Notes under the pieces: model-generated | The model's database searches: none | Seen by the model: the letters and a program-made list of their open reading frames with translations, nothing else | Told to the model about the DNA's origin: nothing | Origin: Octopus bimaculoides | Taxonomy: Eukaryota | Reading direction: 5' to 3' | Assembly (NCBI RefSeq): GCF_001194135.2 | Contig: NC_068989.1 | Coordinates: forward strand, 70,160,061 to 70,224,060 | DNA: 64,000 nt | Shown: positions 63,780-64,000 of the stretch, piece after piece | How positions within the stretch are numbered: the first letter of the stretch is position 1 | Layout of the letters: the number at the start of each line of letters is the position of its first letter | Made by a program: the position numbers and the translations under genes

Positions 63780-63998
63780 CAGCAAGCTGGCAGAATTGTT
63801 TGAAACAGCAAAGAAATGCCTTGTGGCATTTTTCTGGATTTCACATTCTAAATTCAAATCCCACAAAGACCAACTTTGCCTTTCAGCCTTTCAGAGGTTG
63901 ATAAAATAAAGCGCCAGGCAAATACTGGTGTTGATGGCATCAACTCACCCCCATCTTCTCTAATTTTCTGGCCTTTGTGCCAAAATCAGAAATATTAT
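63780..63998 (+). mobile_element. SINE family D, full length, degenerate
   Basis: agcaagctggcagaattgtt...ttctaaattcaaatccc...ggcctttgtgccaaaat. Confidence 0.75.
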
Positions 63999-64000
63999 TC

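Overview
Repeat-dense, AT-rich eukaryotic draft-assembly window with 11 N-gaps, most of them bordered by microsatellites. The microsatellite load and SINE/LINE families look like an Octopus (coleoid cephalopod) genome; this is inferred from pattern recognition, not from a search. I cannot support any host protein-coding gene, and most long six-frame ORFs are microsatellite or gap artefacts. Transposon content: a degenerate Gypsy pol with the RT core deleted (14.1-16.8 kb), two maT/DD37D Tc1-mariner copies (one near complete, one carrying a SINE with an 11-bp TSD), mariner, pogo/Tigger and piggyBac-MITE remnants, a Neptune-type Penelope-like element (RT + GIY-YIG, minus strand, 30.9-33.3 kb), RTE, CR1-like, HERO-like and CRE-like LINE fragments, and many tRNA-derived SINEs. 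RNA pseudogenes: a U6 snRNA copy and a tRNA-Leu(TAA) copy. The most striking signal is a set of nine type I hammerhead-like motifs with short, mostly palindromic stem III, not attached to any recognisable PLE ORF. Three loci (25.6-26.0, 35.35-35.46 and 58.8-59.1 kb) share one architecture: a fold-back inverted repeat with a hammerhead in each arm, pointing outward. Repeat coordinates are approximate (about +/-10-20 nt) unless TSDs or TIRs are quoted.
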